This document shows positions 37,419 through 46,736 of a stretch of 64,000 bases of DNA, one piece after another. The stretch covers positions 65,804 through 129,803 of the forward strand of contig CBDBDN010000005.1 of the NCBI GenBank assembly GCA_965203855.1, read 5' to 3'. A program made the position numbers and the translations under genes. The stretch's first letter is position 1. Every line of letters starts with the position of its first letter. Under the pieces are notes generated by a model that saw only the letters and a list, made by a program, of their open reading frames with translations, had not been told where the DNA came from and did no database searches. This DNA comes from Dehalococcoidia bacterium (GTDB lineage Bacteria; Chloroflexota; Dehalococcoidia; Lucifugimonadales; UBA3495).

Positions 37419-38498
37419 TTATGTTGCGTAGCCCAGGATGTCCAGGCCCGGGCGGCAGGCTTCCGCAACCGCTGCCTGCTCGGCGGCGTCCAAACCGGCA
37501 TAGCGTGAAGTCGTGGGGCGCGGTATGGTTGCGGCGGCATTCACCCACGCTTCGTCCTCCAATTCCGGCGCCAGAAAGCGGATTAGACGGCGAATCTGCC
37601 CCTCCGGGTCGGCCTGCATATCCTCAAACTTGACATTCAGCAGCGCGCCGGGCGGCAAGCCCTGAAACAGCCGATGCCCGTATTCAACCATCGCGCTCCA
37701 ATAGGCGCCGAAATCGGCCAGCGTCAACCGGTCATAGTTCAGCCGGTCGGGTCGGAACAAAGCGCTTGCCGTCGGCTCCATCCAGAGGCTGGCGCGGTCC
37801 CAGTTATGTCCCCGCCGCAGCATCCCCAGCAGGTCAATGCCCAGCCGTCGCAGCGCGCGCATCGTCGCTACAATCATCCGAAAGAGGTAATGCCGCTGCA
37901 TCGACAAAGCTACTTCCCGGCCATCCCGGTACACGTGGATGACCCGCGCCTCCGGGAATTCCCGCAGCAGCCGCGCGGCCAGCATCAGCGAACCGCCGGA
38001 GCGTTCCGCCCATACCGCCCGGTTGAACAGACGGCACAGCCAGGCGAACAGCGCCCGGTAATGTTCCGCAACCCCCTGCTTCGGGACGGCGCACACTGCC
38101 GGCCCCAGCTCGTCGTACAGGGCTTCGTAATGCTCGGTGATATGCGGCAGCGTAGCGCACAGGATGGGCGGCACATTCTGCCGCGTGAAACGCGCCGCCG
38201 GGTCGTCAACCGGATACAGCAATTCCTCAAACCGCCCTTGCAGCATCATCCGGGTGCGCCGCTGCTGACGGCTGTAAAACCGCCACATATCGGCGCCGCA
38301 ACGGCGCCGGCGGCGAAACGGCCCCAGCCCGACGAAACTGAAAAACTCGGAGAGGCTCAATACTTGCGGATGCCGGTTCAGAATGTCCGACACCATCGTT
38401 GACCCGCAGCGTCCGGTGCTCAGCACCAGCGCCGGCGGGATGGCCGGCAATCGGTCGGTCGGCGTTGTCATACCGGATCCATTAACCGGGGCTGTCAT
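37419..38498 (-). CDS. sulfotransferase-family protein
   Basis: PAPS-binding-loop-like LVLSTGRCGSTMVSDILNRHPQVLSLSEF. The track ORF extends to 38861 but that part overlaps the upstream gene, so the start is set at ATG complement 38498 (alternative 38471). Confidence 0.6.
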   Translation of the reverse strand: MTAPVNGSGMTTPTDRLPAIPPALVLSTGRCGSTMVSDILNRHPQVLSLSEFFSFVGLGPFRRRRRCGADMWRFYSRQQRRTRMMLQGRFEELLYPVDDPAARFTRQNVPPILCATLPHITEHYEALYDELGPAVCAVPKQGVAEHYRALFAWLCRLFNRAVWAERSGGSLMLAARLLREFPEARVIHVYRDGREVALSMQRHYLFRMIVATMRALRRLGIDLLGMLRRGHNWDRASLWMEPTASALFRPDRLNYDRLTLADFGAYWSAMVEYGHRLFQGLPPGALLNVKFEDMQADPEGQIRRLIRFLAPELEDEAWVNAAATIPRPTTSRYAGLDAAEQAAVAEACRPGLDILGYAT

Positions 38499-38520
38499 AC
38501 CGGAGCAGCCGTACCGGGGG

Positions 38521-39693
38521 TTACCACGGCGTGGCCCGTTCCGCTGCCAGGTGGTCAGGCAGGCGGTAGCCGGCAAGGTCATTGGGCTGGGCGGCATCAA
38601 GCAGAAAGACGAAGTTCCGCCCCCGCCAGCGCTCCGCAATGCTAGGCGCCAGACGCCGCGCCGCCCGATAGCAGTTCCGCCGCCAGCGGAGCCAAGCCAG
38701 CAGGCCGGCGGTATGCTGCCGGGGGAATTCCAGCCGGTCGGCCATATCATTGCCCAGGAGGGCGCGGGAAACCCGATAAGTGTGGCTAACCATCGCTTGC
38801 TGGCCCTCCGAGTCGGTGATGCCGGCGATGGCGGGCAGGGCGTTGACCAGGGCGTTGGCAATCGCTACCGCTTCCGGGCCGGGCGGCGGCTCGCACACTC
38901 GGGCGATGCGGTACAGCTCGTGGGTCTGCGCTTCATCGCCTTCAAACAGCAGAGACTCCGGCGTGCCGATTAGATAGGACGCATAGCGCCAGATTTGCAT
39001 AAAACTTTCCCGCGCCTCTGCGTCCAGGCGCGCGCCCAGCCGTTCCACCTGCCGCAGCATCGTGGCCGAAAAGTTGGCAGAGGCCAGACCCATATGGGCG
39101 GCGCTCAGCGGCATACCGCAGGCGGCGACATCCCAATCATCCGACTCCAGCAGCAAGTGGCGTATCTGTGCGTGAACCAGCCGGATGCGAACCGACAATT
39201 TCCAGCCGTCCCCGTGACGCTCCAGCGCGCCGGGCAGCATAATCTCAATGAAATGACGCGTGTTTTGCCGGATGCGCCGCGGACCGTAGCCGGTCAGCAC
39301 CCGGCCCGTCAGATAGAAAGCGCGGCTAATCAGCGTGGCGGCATTCTGTAGGGTTACAACGAAAAAGGCGGGGATGAAAAGGTCGGAGTGGTCATGAAAA
39401 GCGCGGCGGCCCGGATAGACCGCAGCCGGGTCAAACCACGGCGGCGGCTCCGCAATCTGCTCAAAGAAGTCGCGCAGCGGCTGCGGGGCGTCCCGAAAAA
39501 CCGTTTCCCGCCCATCCATCCCGGCCTGGATCAGGCGGTGCACTTCCCGCGGTTCGTACCCGACCAAAGACGCTATGGCCGCATCGGCCAGCGGGTCGCC
39601 GATATGGGTCTGGGCCATATAAGATGCGGCCAGTTCGGGGTTCAAAGCCTGCGCGTTTTCCAATCCCGGCTGACAGAGCAGTGGCGTTTGCAT
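38521..39693 (-). CDS. DUF2236 / MpaB-like oxygenase-family protein
   Basis: IGDPLADAAI near the N-terminus and a WKLSVRIRLVHAQIRH block, typical of the family as I recall it, 390 aa. Confidence 0.6.
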   Translation of the reverse strand: MQTPLLCQPGLENAQALNPELAASYMAQTHIGDPLADAAIASLVGYEPREVHRLIQAGMDGRETVFRDAPQPLRDFFEQIAEPPPWFDPAAVYPGRRAFHDHSDLFIPAFFVVTLQNAATLISRAFYLTGRVLTGYGPRRIRQNTRHFIEIMLPGALERHGDGWKLSVRIRLVHAQIRHLLLESDDWDVAACGMPLSAAHMGLASANFSATMLRQVERLGARLDAEARESFMQIWRYASYLIGTPESLLFEGDEAQTHELYRIARVCEPPPGPEAVAIANALVNALPAIAGITDSEGQQAMVSHTYRVSRALLGNDMADRLEFPRQHTAGLLAWLRWRRNCYRAARRLAPSIAERWRGRNFVFLLDAAQPNDLAGYRLPDHLAAERATPW

Positions 39694-39872
39694 TGCTACT
39701 CTCCGTTTGCTGCCGCACCATCAACAGCTGTACTCAATATATCACAATACCACTTGGGCGGTTATAGCCGCATTTTGCGCCATTCCGAACCATCTTATTT
39801 GTCATACCGGCCGGCTTTCGCTCGAATCCAGTGTGGCAATCCAACACTGCGGCGATGAAACTGGCAACCATA

Positions 39873-39897
39873 GATTCCGGCTTTCGCCGGAATGACG
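39873..39897 (-). repeat. REP-like palindromic element, inverted orientation, loop GAAA
   Basis: gattccggc-tttc-gccggaatgacg on the plus strand. Confidence 0.8.
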
Positions 39898-40080
39898 ATG
39901 AATATGGCCGCAACCCCTGGGCAACCGCTGCCGATGCAAGGCGCATTGCCCGGTTGCCCGCCGCCGCCGCATAGGGCATAATTGCGCTTGTAACCACATC
40001 AGCAAAACCCGCATCAACAGAACCCGCATCAAATCGGCAACCGCCCCCGATTGCCCGGCGGCTGCCCCCGGAGTGCCATT

Positions 40081-41313
40081 ATGGATTTTGAACCGCGCTA
40101 CACCGCCGAGCAGGAAGCTTTTCGCACCGAAGTGCAGGAATGGCTCCGCGACAACATCCCCGCCGGCATTGAGCATCCCGCCGACTCCGGCGACTTGACC
40201 TATGAGCAGTACCAGCTGCGCCGGGAACTGGGCCGCCGGCTGGGCGCCAAGGGCTGGCTCTGGCCTACCGCGCCGCAGGAATACGGCGGCGGCGGCCTCA
40301 CCGTCGACCATTCCGTCGTCCTGGAGGAGGAAATTGACGGCTACAACCTGTCGCTGCCGCCGTACTACGACTCCGGCGGACGGCTGGGCGGCAACTCCAT
40401 CCTGGTCTGGGGATCCGAGGAACAGAAGCAGGAATTCCTACCCAAAATCTTCCGCGGCGAAATCCGCACCTGGCAGCTCCTTACCGAACCGGAGGCCGGC
40501 TCCGACCTGGCCAACGCCAAAGCGTCGGCCCGCCGCGACGGCGACGAGTATGTCATCAATGGGCAGAAAGTTTATGTCGGCAGCGCCCACGGCTCCGACT
40601 ATATGTGGACGATTACCTGCACCGACCCGGAGGGCGACCGCCATCAAAACCTCAGCTGGTTTATGATGCCGTCCGATTTGCCCGGCATCAGCGTGTTCCC
40701 GATGGATCTGCTCTCGTCGGCTGGCGAATCGGGCGCCGGTTCCGGCGTCAAGAACATCGTCTATTTTGACGATGTGCGCGTTCCCGCCCAAAACCTCATC
40801 GGCGGCGAAAACGAAGGCTGGAAAGTCGCTACCACGCATCTGGAACTGGAGCATGGCACCGGCGGCAAAATCGGCCGCAACTGGATTGTGGACCGCATCT
40901 TTGACTACTGCCAGTCCAACAACCGCCGGGGCGAGCCTTTGAGCAAAGATGCGGATGTGCGGGAACGGCTGGTTGACATTTACATTGACGCCGAGATTGG
41001 CCGTCTGTTCCAGCTGCGGAACTACTGGATGCGGCACAGCGGTGCCCACATCACTTACGAAGGCCCGCAGGCGTCTTATTTCCGCAAGCAGTCCGGCCTC
41101 CGCATCGCCACCGGCATCCTGGACATCCTCGGCCCGGCCGCCCTGACCAAAGACGCGCAGTGGGGCGCCGGCGAGGGCCACATTGAGGCGCACCAGCGCG
41201 CCGCCATCATCGCCCTGCATCCCGGCGGCACTACCGACATCCAGAAAGTGATTATGTCCCGGCGCATCGGCATCGGACGGCAGCAGCGGGAACGGGCCGG
41301 CGCCCTGGCCTGA
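40081..41313 (+). CDS. acyl-CoA dehydrogenase family protein
   Basis: MDFEPRYTAEQEAFRTEVQEWL start and ACAD middle and C-terminal blocks (WQLLTEPEAGSDL; INGQKVYV). The track ORF starts at 40051. Confidence 0.85.
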   Translation: MDFEPRYTAEQEAFRTEVQEWLRDNIPAGIEHPADSGDLTYEQYQLRRELGRRLGAKGWLWPTAPQEYGGGGLTVDHSVVLEEEIDGYNLSLPPYYDSGGRLGGNSILVWGSEEQKQEFLPKIFRGEIRTWQLLTEPEAGSDLANAKASARRDGDEYVINGQKVYVGSAHGSDYMWTITCTDPEGDRHQNLSWFMMPSDLPGISVFPMDLLSSAGESGAGSGVKNIVYFDDVRVPAQNLIGGENEGWKVATTHLELEHGTGGKIGRNWIVDRIFDYCQSNNRRGEPLSKDADVRERLVDIYIDAEIGRLFQLRNYWMRHSGAHITYEGPQASYFRKQSGLRIATGILDILGPAALTKDAQWGAGEGHIEAHQRAAIIALHPGGTTDIQKVIMSRRIGIGRQQRERAGALA

Positions 41314-41416
41314 CGGCAGACACGGAACGGAACCGTTGATTTCGCGGCGCGATTACCGACGTCAGCGTCAGCCCGTCGCCGTCGCGTCGGGCGCGCGCCG
41401 CAGGAGCGATTGAGCT

Positions 41417-42196
41417 ATGGACACTACCCTTGCCGCCGCGCGGGAAACGCGCCAAGCCGGCGCGCTCGCGACGGATACCGCCGCGCTGTACAAAAAAGCG
41501 GCGGCCCTCGCAGTCGGAATCGCCAAGTTCCCCGAATACCCGCCGCGTGACGATATGATGAACCCGATGTACCTCCACAAGCCGGCGCACCTGGCGGCCC
41601 TGGAATGGCATTTCGGCAACCTGGACGACACCATCGTCCTGGGCGAAGTGCCTATCGCCTGGGAAGTCCCCAGGGGACAGGAAGGAGTGCGAATACCCGA
41701 CCTGATGGTCGCTTTCGACATTCGCCATGCCCACATTCTGGCGCAGCGCGGCTATGCCATCAACGAACAGGGCAAACCGCCCGATTTCGTGCTGGAAGTA
41801 GCCTCTGACAATACCGCCAGAAACGATGTAACGCGCAAGTGGCACGACTACGCCAACTTCGGCGTAACCGAATACTGGATGTTTGACCCGGACTGGGGCC
41901 GGCGTTACGCCACCGGCCTCTCCGGGTGGACGCTGGTTGACGGAACTTATCAGGCCATCCCCATAAATCAGCTTTGGCATGGTGTACACTACGGCGACAG
42001 CGCAGCGCTGGGGTTGCAGGTGTGCTGGGAATATGGGCATCTGCGCTGGTACGACCCGGCGGAAGCGCGCTATCTGGATACCTACCACGGCCTGCTTGCT
42101 GCGCGGGACGCCGCCGTGAACGCGCGGGATTACGCCATTGCCGAAGCGCAGCGCCTGCGGGACGAACTCGCCCGGCTGCGCGCCGGCCGGGAATAG
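41417..42196 (+). CDS. Uma2-family (DUF820) endonuclease-like protein with C-terminal coiled-coil tail
   Basis: RIPDLMVAFDI...PDFVLEVASDNTARNDVTRKWHDYANFGVTEYWMFDP, with AGGAG RBS. Confidence 0.8.
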   Translation: MDTTLAAARETRQAGALATDTAALYKKAAALAVGIAKFPEYPPRDDMMNPMYLHKPAHLAALEWHFGNLDDTIVLGEVPIAWEVPRGQEGVRIPDLMVAFDIRHAHILAQRGYAINEQGKPPDFVLEVASDNTARNDVTRKWHDYANFGVTEYWMFDPDWGRRYATGLSGWTLVDGTYQAIPINQLWHGVHYGDSAALGLQVCWEYGHLRWYDPAEARYLDTYHGLLAARDAAVNARDYAIAEAQRLRDELARLRAGRE

Positions 42197-42304
42197 CTCT
42201 GCATTACTTGGCCCTACCGAAAGTTAGCACCCCGGTCAAATCAGCCGGCCAGTCAAATCCATCGCAACGACGGATTGACCATTACGAACAGGAGCAGCTT
42301 ACCA

Positions 42305-43447
42305 ATGGACTTGTCCCTCACGCCCGAACAGGAAATGCTCAAAACCGCCGTGCGCCGCTTTGTGGATACCGAATATCCCAAAGATACGCTGCTGGAGCTG
42401 GCCGCCACCGGCCAGACCGCGCCCTCCGAACCCTGGCAGAAACTGGCCGCTACCGGCTGGCTGGGCATTATCATTCCTGCCGAATACGGCGGCGAGGGCG
42501 GTTCGTTCACCGACGCCGGCGTCCTCTTTGAGGAGCTGGGGCGCGGGCCGGTGCCTGGCCCCCATTTGAGCAGCGCCGTCCTGGGCGCCCTATCCATTTT
42601 GGAAGCCGGCACGGACGCCCAGAAGCGCGCCATCCTGCCCGACATCGCCGCCGGACGCCGCACCATCGCCCTCGCCGTTACCGAAGCCGATTACCAGTGG
42701 GACGAGTCCGACGTGCAGGCCGTCGCCGTGGCCGACGGCGACGGCTACCGCATCACCGGCAGCAAGGTGTATGTCTTTGACGCCGCCGCCGTTACCGACC
42801 TGATTTGCGCCGTCCGCACCGAAAACCGCCAGCACGTCGGCCTGGCGATGATACCTGCCGACGCCCCCGGCGTTTCCATCCGCCGCCTGGAAGGTTTCGC
42901 CTGGAACCTCGCCGAAGTGCGGCTGGACGGCGTGCAAATTGAACGGTCAGCGGTACTGTCGGGCCGCGCTATGGCCGGCGACAACCCCTTTGCCGGCGGC
43001 TGGGCCGCTTTGGAGCAGGCCGTTGCTACTGCCGTACCGCTGCTCTGCGCTTATCAGGTTGGCGGTTCCCAGCAGGTCTATGAAATGTCGGTGGAGTACA
43101 GCCGCACCCGCATCCAGTTCGGCACTCCCATCGGGCGGTTTCAGCGGGTTCAAGATCACATCATCAACCTGGTCAACGAACTGGACGCCGCCCGCTGGAC
43201 TACCTATGAAGCCCTCTGGAAACTGGACACGGAGCGCATAGCCGCCGACAGCATCCATCTCGCCAAAGCCGTCAGCAGCGCCGCTTATTACAATGCCTGC
43301 AACCATGCCCACGAAGTGCACGCCGGCGTCGGCAGCACTACCGAATACGGCCTGACGCTGCACACTACGGCGTCGCGCACGCTCTACCAGTTCCTCGGCG
43401 ACCCCAAGTTCCACCGCCGCCGCCTGGCCGACGCGCTGGGGCTGTGA
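42305..43447 (+). CDS. acyl-CoA dehydrogenase family protein
   Basis: MDLSLTPEQEMLKTAVRRFV start and GWLGIIIPAEYGGEGGS, with AGGAG RBS. The track ORF starts at 42275. Confidence 0.85.
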   Translation: MDLSLTPEQEMLKTAVRRFVDTEYPKDTLLELAATGQTAPSEPWQKLAATGWLGIIIPAEYGGEGGSFTDAGVLFEELGRGPVPGPHLSSAVLGALSILEAGTDAQKRAILPDIAAGRRTIALAVTEADYQWDESDVQAVAVADGDGYRITGSKVYVFDAAAVTDLICAVRTENRQHVGLAMIPADAPGVSIRRLEGFAWNLAEVRLDGVQIERSAVLSGRAMAGDNPFAGGWAALEQAVATAVPLLCAYQVGGSQQVYEMSVEYSRTRIQFGTPIGRFQRVQDHIINLVNELDAARWTTYEALWKLDTERIAADSIHLAKAVSSAAYYNACNHAHEVHAGVGSTTEYGLTLHTTASRTLYQFLGDPKFHRRRLADALGL

Positions 43448-43495
43448 AACGAAAAGGAAAGCGGGCAATTTTACCAGTGCGCGGATCAAGTCGGC

Positions 43496-43524
43496 TTGTA
43501 CAAAGTCTGCGTTGGTGATATAAT
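43496..43524 (+). promoter_or_regulatory. near-consensus sigma70 promoter with extended -10
   Basis: TTGTAC (43496-43501), a 17-nt spacer, then TGaTATAAT (-10 at 43519-43524). It lies about 95 nt upstream of the NYN gene. Confidence 0.65.
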
Positions 43525-43621
43525 AGCAATATCCCGTCAGGGATGTTATACGGCCCCGTTGGGGTTCTGGCCCGAAACCCAGGCTTAAAAAGGGGTTGCC
43601 TACGGCCTCGTTGAGGTCACA

Positions 43622-44338
43622 ATGCGGCTCTGTCGCCAGGGCCGCATCTTGTTTGCTGAACCTGATATTATGCGCCCGACTTACTCATGCCTGGTTGATG
43701 TCGGTTTCCTGCGCGCGGAAGGGGCCAAAGCTATTGGAGCCGCCCCAGCCGCCGTTCAGCCTAATCCGGGCGCAGTTGTGGATTGGACTCGCTCCCTTGC
43801 TGGCAACGAACTGTTCGGGCAAACTTTTCGCCGCGCCTACTGGTATGATGGCAAATTTGCGCCAGCGCATCCTATGTATCGCCAACAGCAGGTTTTTCTG
43901 GAAGCCGTAGCCCGTAGTGACGATATAGAGCTGCGGCTTGGGAACGTTGTAGAACGGCGCAACCGATATGAAGTGCCGATACGCAGCGCTCTGATAGAAA
44001 CTGCTCGGGGTTTGGAGATTCAGCCGGAAATTTTGTTGCAAGAATTCGGAAAGCGCTGGGAATTTCGTAAAGAAATACAGCAAAAGGGCGTGGATACGCT
44101 GATTGCTTTGGATCTGGCGCTTTGTGGGGTTCAATCCCTTGACGCTACTGCCATCCTGATTTCGGGAGATCAGGATCTGCTTGAGCCGGCGCACGTCGCG
44201 CGGCAGTATGGCGTCAATGTAATCATTGCTACGCCCAAGCGCAATAGCGTTGCGCCGCAGTTGCGTAATTTGGCCAATGCTGTCATCAACATTGCCGGCG
44301 ACGATTTGCGGCGTATGTTGTCAGTTGCGCCCGATTAA
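43622..44338 (+). CDS. NYN-domain (LabA-like) protein
   Basis: QKGVDTLIALDLA and ILISGDQDLLEPA blocks. An alternative start at ATG 43670 (MRPTYSCLVDVGFL) fits the family N-terminus better. Confidence 0.7.
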   Translation: MRLCRQGRILFAEPDIMRPTYSCLVDVGFLRAEGAKAIGAAPAAVQPNPGAVVDWTRSLAGNELFGQTFRRAYWYDGKFAPAHPMYRQQQVFLEAVARSDDIELRLGNVVERRNRYEVPIRSALIETARGLEIQPEILLQEFGKRWEFRKEIQQKGVDTLIALDLALCGVQSLDATAILISGDQDLLEPAHVARQYGVNVIIATPKRNSVAPQLRNLANAVINIAGDDLRRMLSVAPD

Positions 44339-44485
44339 GCCATCGTGCGCCGTAGCAGTAAGCCGGGGCTATTTCGCCCTCACCCCAGCCGGCGCCGCCC
44401 CAACTTCCTCCGGCAATGCGCGGCGTTTTGCCGGGCGAATCAAACTGCTAGCCGTCCGGGAATAGCAGCGCCGCCCCGGCAAACC

Positions 44486-45904
44486 CTAATCCTGGTACAG
44501 GCTGGCGATGCTGCGGTGCCGGCGCGTTATTTTCAGCCCGATTACCGCGCTGGCGATGCTCAACGGTTCCCGCCAGCGGCGGCGCCAAATCGCCAGGCTG
44601 CGCGGCCGCAAGGCCCGCCACAGCGGCAGTTCCTCGTTGTCGTAAAGATTGAGCATCTGGAAAAACAGCCGCATTTGCCACATTGACGCGCCGTTCAAGC
44701 GCACCCGCAACCGCTTGGACGGCGCCCAAACGGTGAACATCCGCTTACGCACGCAGTCATTCAGCACCATGGCATTAACGCTGATTATTACCTGTCCGGC
44801 GCCGGGGTCGGCCGTTTCCGTGACGCGACGGGCCGACGGCTCAATCAGCCAATAGCGTTCACCATCGCCCTCGGCCACGGCGAAAACCACGCTGGGCAGC
44901 AGCCGTCGCAAAGGCCAGCCCGCCGCGCGCAGCAGTTCCTGTACATAGCGTTCAAAGCGGGGGAAGTTGCCTTTGGCGGCGGCCTCCCGACGGTATTGCG
45001 CTTCCAAACGGTCGGCGTAACGGCGCGTCAAATCCGCCACATAATCGGTATGCCTGGAGTAGTCAAAATCCCGCAGTTGGAACCCTTCCGCGTCGCTCCA
45101 TGAACTTCCCGGCGACATTACTATACAGCGGGGAAAGCCGGGGGGAGTGGGGGAATTCTCCGGCGCAGCCTGTTCCATATAGTCGGCGACCTGATTAGGC
45201 AGGACGGCGGTGCCATTGAAACGGCGGGTTTCCTGATGCACGAAACAATGGTTGCTGGCAAATGGGATGGCGTAGCGGGCGCGGACTGCATAAGTAAAGG
45301 CGGCAAACTCGCTCATATATGCTTCTTTGCTGCGAAAGTCGTCCACTGCCGGGTCATATCCCTCAATGCAATAAGGGAAAGCGTTGGCATTGGTATGGCT
45401 CCTCAATACAAAATCGATATTGGGAAACCGACGGTTAATCTGTCGCAGGCTGGCGCCGAATATCTTGCAGTCGTTGGCGTCCAATACAGTAGTATTGCCG
45501 TCTTGCAATACTGCCGCCGAATCGGTGGTAAAGGGGCCAAACTGGAAACTGTGCAGCCGGAAGCCGTCCGCAAGTTCTACCGACTTGCCATGCGGAATTT
45601 CCTTGATGTCGGTAAAACCCATATCGGTAAGGTCTTTAACCATGCGCGGCGACGGTATTTGTGGAATCAATACCGGCGTACCGGGATCAAACCGGCGCAG
45701 GCTGGGGCCGTGAAAATGATCCCAGTGCAGATGTGTGATGTAAATGTAATCCGGCTGTAATCCCCGAATCAGCGCGCGTTCCGGTTCCGGGAAATTGAAC
45801 CAGCTGCGCCAGTAACAGGAGCCAACCAGCCAGGGGTCAATGACTACCGAAGTTCCGGCGGATTCGGCCAGCAGCCCGGCGTGGGAAAGAATCGTGAATT
45901 TCAT
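44486..45904 (-). CDS. MBL-fold metallo-hydrolase with C-terminal extension
   Basis: MKFTILSHAGLL...DYIYITHLHWDHF (HxHxDH), 472 aa. GC is lower than in the flanks. Confidence 0.7.
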   Translation of the reverse strand: MKFTILSHAGLLAESAGTSVVIDPWLVGSCYWRSWFNFPEPERALIRGLQPDYIYITHLHWDHFHGPSLRRFDPGTPVLIPQIPSPRMVKDLTDMGFTDIKEIPHGKSVELADGFRLHSFQFGPFTTDSAAVLQDGNTTVLDANDCKIFGASLRQINRRFPNIDFVLRSHTNANAFPYCIEGYDPAVDDFRSKEAYMSEFAAFTYAVRARYAIPFASNHCFVHQETRRFNGTAVLPNQVADYMEQAAPENSPTPPGFPRCIVMSPGSSWSDAEGFQLRDFDYSRHTDYVADLTRRYADRLEAQYRREAAAKGNFPRFERYVQELLRAAGWPLRRLLPSVVFAVAEGDGERYWLIEPSARRVTETADPGAGQVIISVNAMVLNDCVRKRMFTVWAPSKRLRVRLNGASMWQMRLFFQMLNLYDNEELPLWRALRPRSLAIWRRRWREPLSIASAVIGLKITRRHRSIASLYQD

Positions 45905-45961
45905 TACGCTTGCTCCCAGGTTCGGGGGAGTGCGCCGCCATTGCCGCAGTAGCGATAGGGA

Positions 45962-46660
45962 TTACGCAGAGCCCATCCCCACCAGCGCCGCCCTTACTTC
46001 CTCCTGCAATGCCTGGAACACATCGCCCACGCTGCCCCGCGCATCCACCGTCACAAAGTTGTGCTCCCGCGCCAGGTTGCGGAACTCTCCAATCAACGCC
46101 CCCTGATAGCGGATAAAGTTGTCGTAAAGGTCGGGGCCGCGCAGGAAATCCTCTCCCGATTCCCAGTGATCCAGCTGGCGCACCGACAGGACGCGCGGCA
46201 GCAGGTGTTCCACATCCACATCCAGATAAAGCACCCGGTCGGGCACGACGGCGAACTCAAATACGTCGTTGAGCCAGCGCGCCGGCACTCCGCGCACCCG
46301 CGCCCGCGCAATGATGGAGAATATGTAGCGGTCAACCAGCGCTACCATCCCCGTCCGCAACGCCGGCACAATGTTTTTCTCCAGCCGATCCCAAAAGTCG
46401 GTGGCGTAAAAAAGGTTCAGCGTCAGCGCGTCCAGCGTGTTCCCCCGCATCGCCCGGTCGATGCCGGTGGCCGCCAGCGTGGAGCGGCGAAACCCCGTTA
46501 CCAGCACGGCGTACCCTTCCGCTTCCAGCCATTCCTGCAACATCGCAATCTGGGTAGAACGGCCGACGCCGTCGGTGCCTTCCAGCACAATCAGGCGGCC
46601 CGGCGTCGGTTCCTCGCCGGCGCCCGGCGGCGTGTGTCCGTAAAATCTGACAGTGTTCAT
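45962..46660 (-). CDS. thymidylate kinase-like protein with variant P-loop
   Basis: LIVLEGTDGVGRSTQ (Arg in place of the P-loop Lys) and LVDRYIFS. Confidence 0.7.
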   Translation of the reverse strand: MNTVRFYGHTPPGAGEEPTPGRLIVLEGTDGVGRSTQIAMLQEWLEAEGYAVLVTGFRRSTLAATGIDRAMRGNTLDALTLNLFYATDFWDRLEKNIVPALRTGMVALVDRYIFSIIARARVRGVPARWLNDVFEFAVVPDRVLYLDVDVEHLLPRVLSVRQLDHWESGEDFLRGPDLYDNFIRYQGALIGEFRNLAREHNFVTVDARGSVGDVFQALQEEVRAALVGMGSA

Positions 46661-46736
46661 CGCAATGCCCTCAATATGATTCCGGCAGACAGATTGGCAT
46701 GGGCCGGCCGTTGCCGGCCCGGCGGATTGGCGGATG

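Noticed and set aside
38499-38861. N-terminal 121 codons of the sulfotransferase ORF. The same question applies to the first 65 or so codons of the MFS ORF at 19896-20090.
   Set aside because: The sulfotransferase extension overlaps the 3' end of the DUF2236 gene and is Pro/Gly/Trp-rich with no homology-like content. The MFS extension is a translation of the 15-bp tandem repeats. Internal ATGs give family-typical N-termini.
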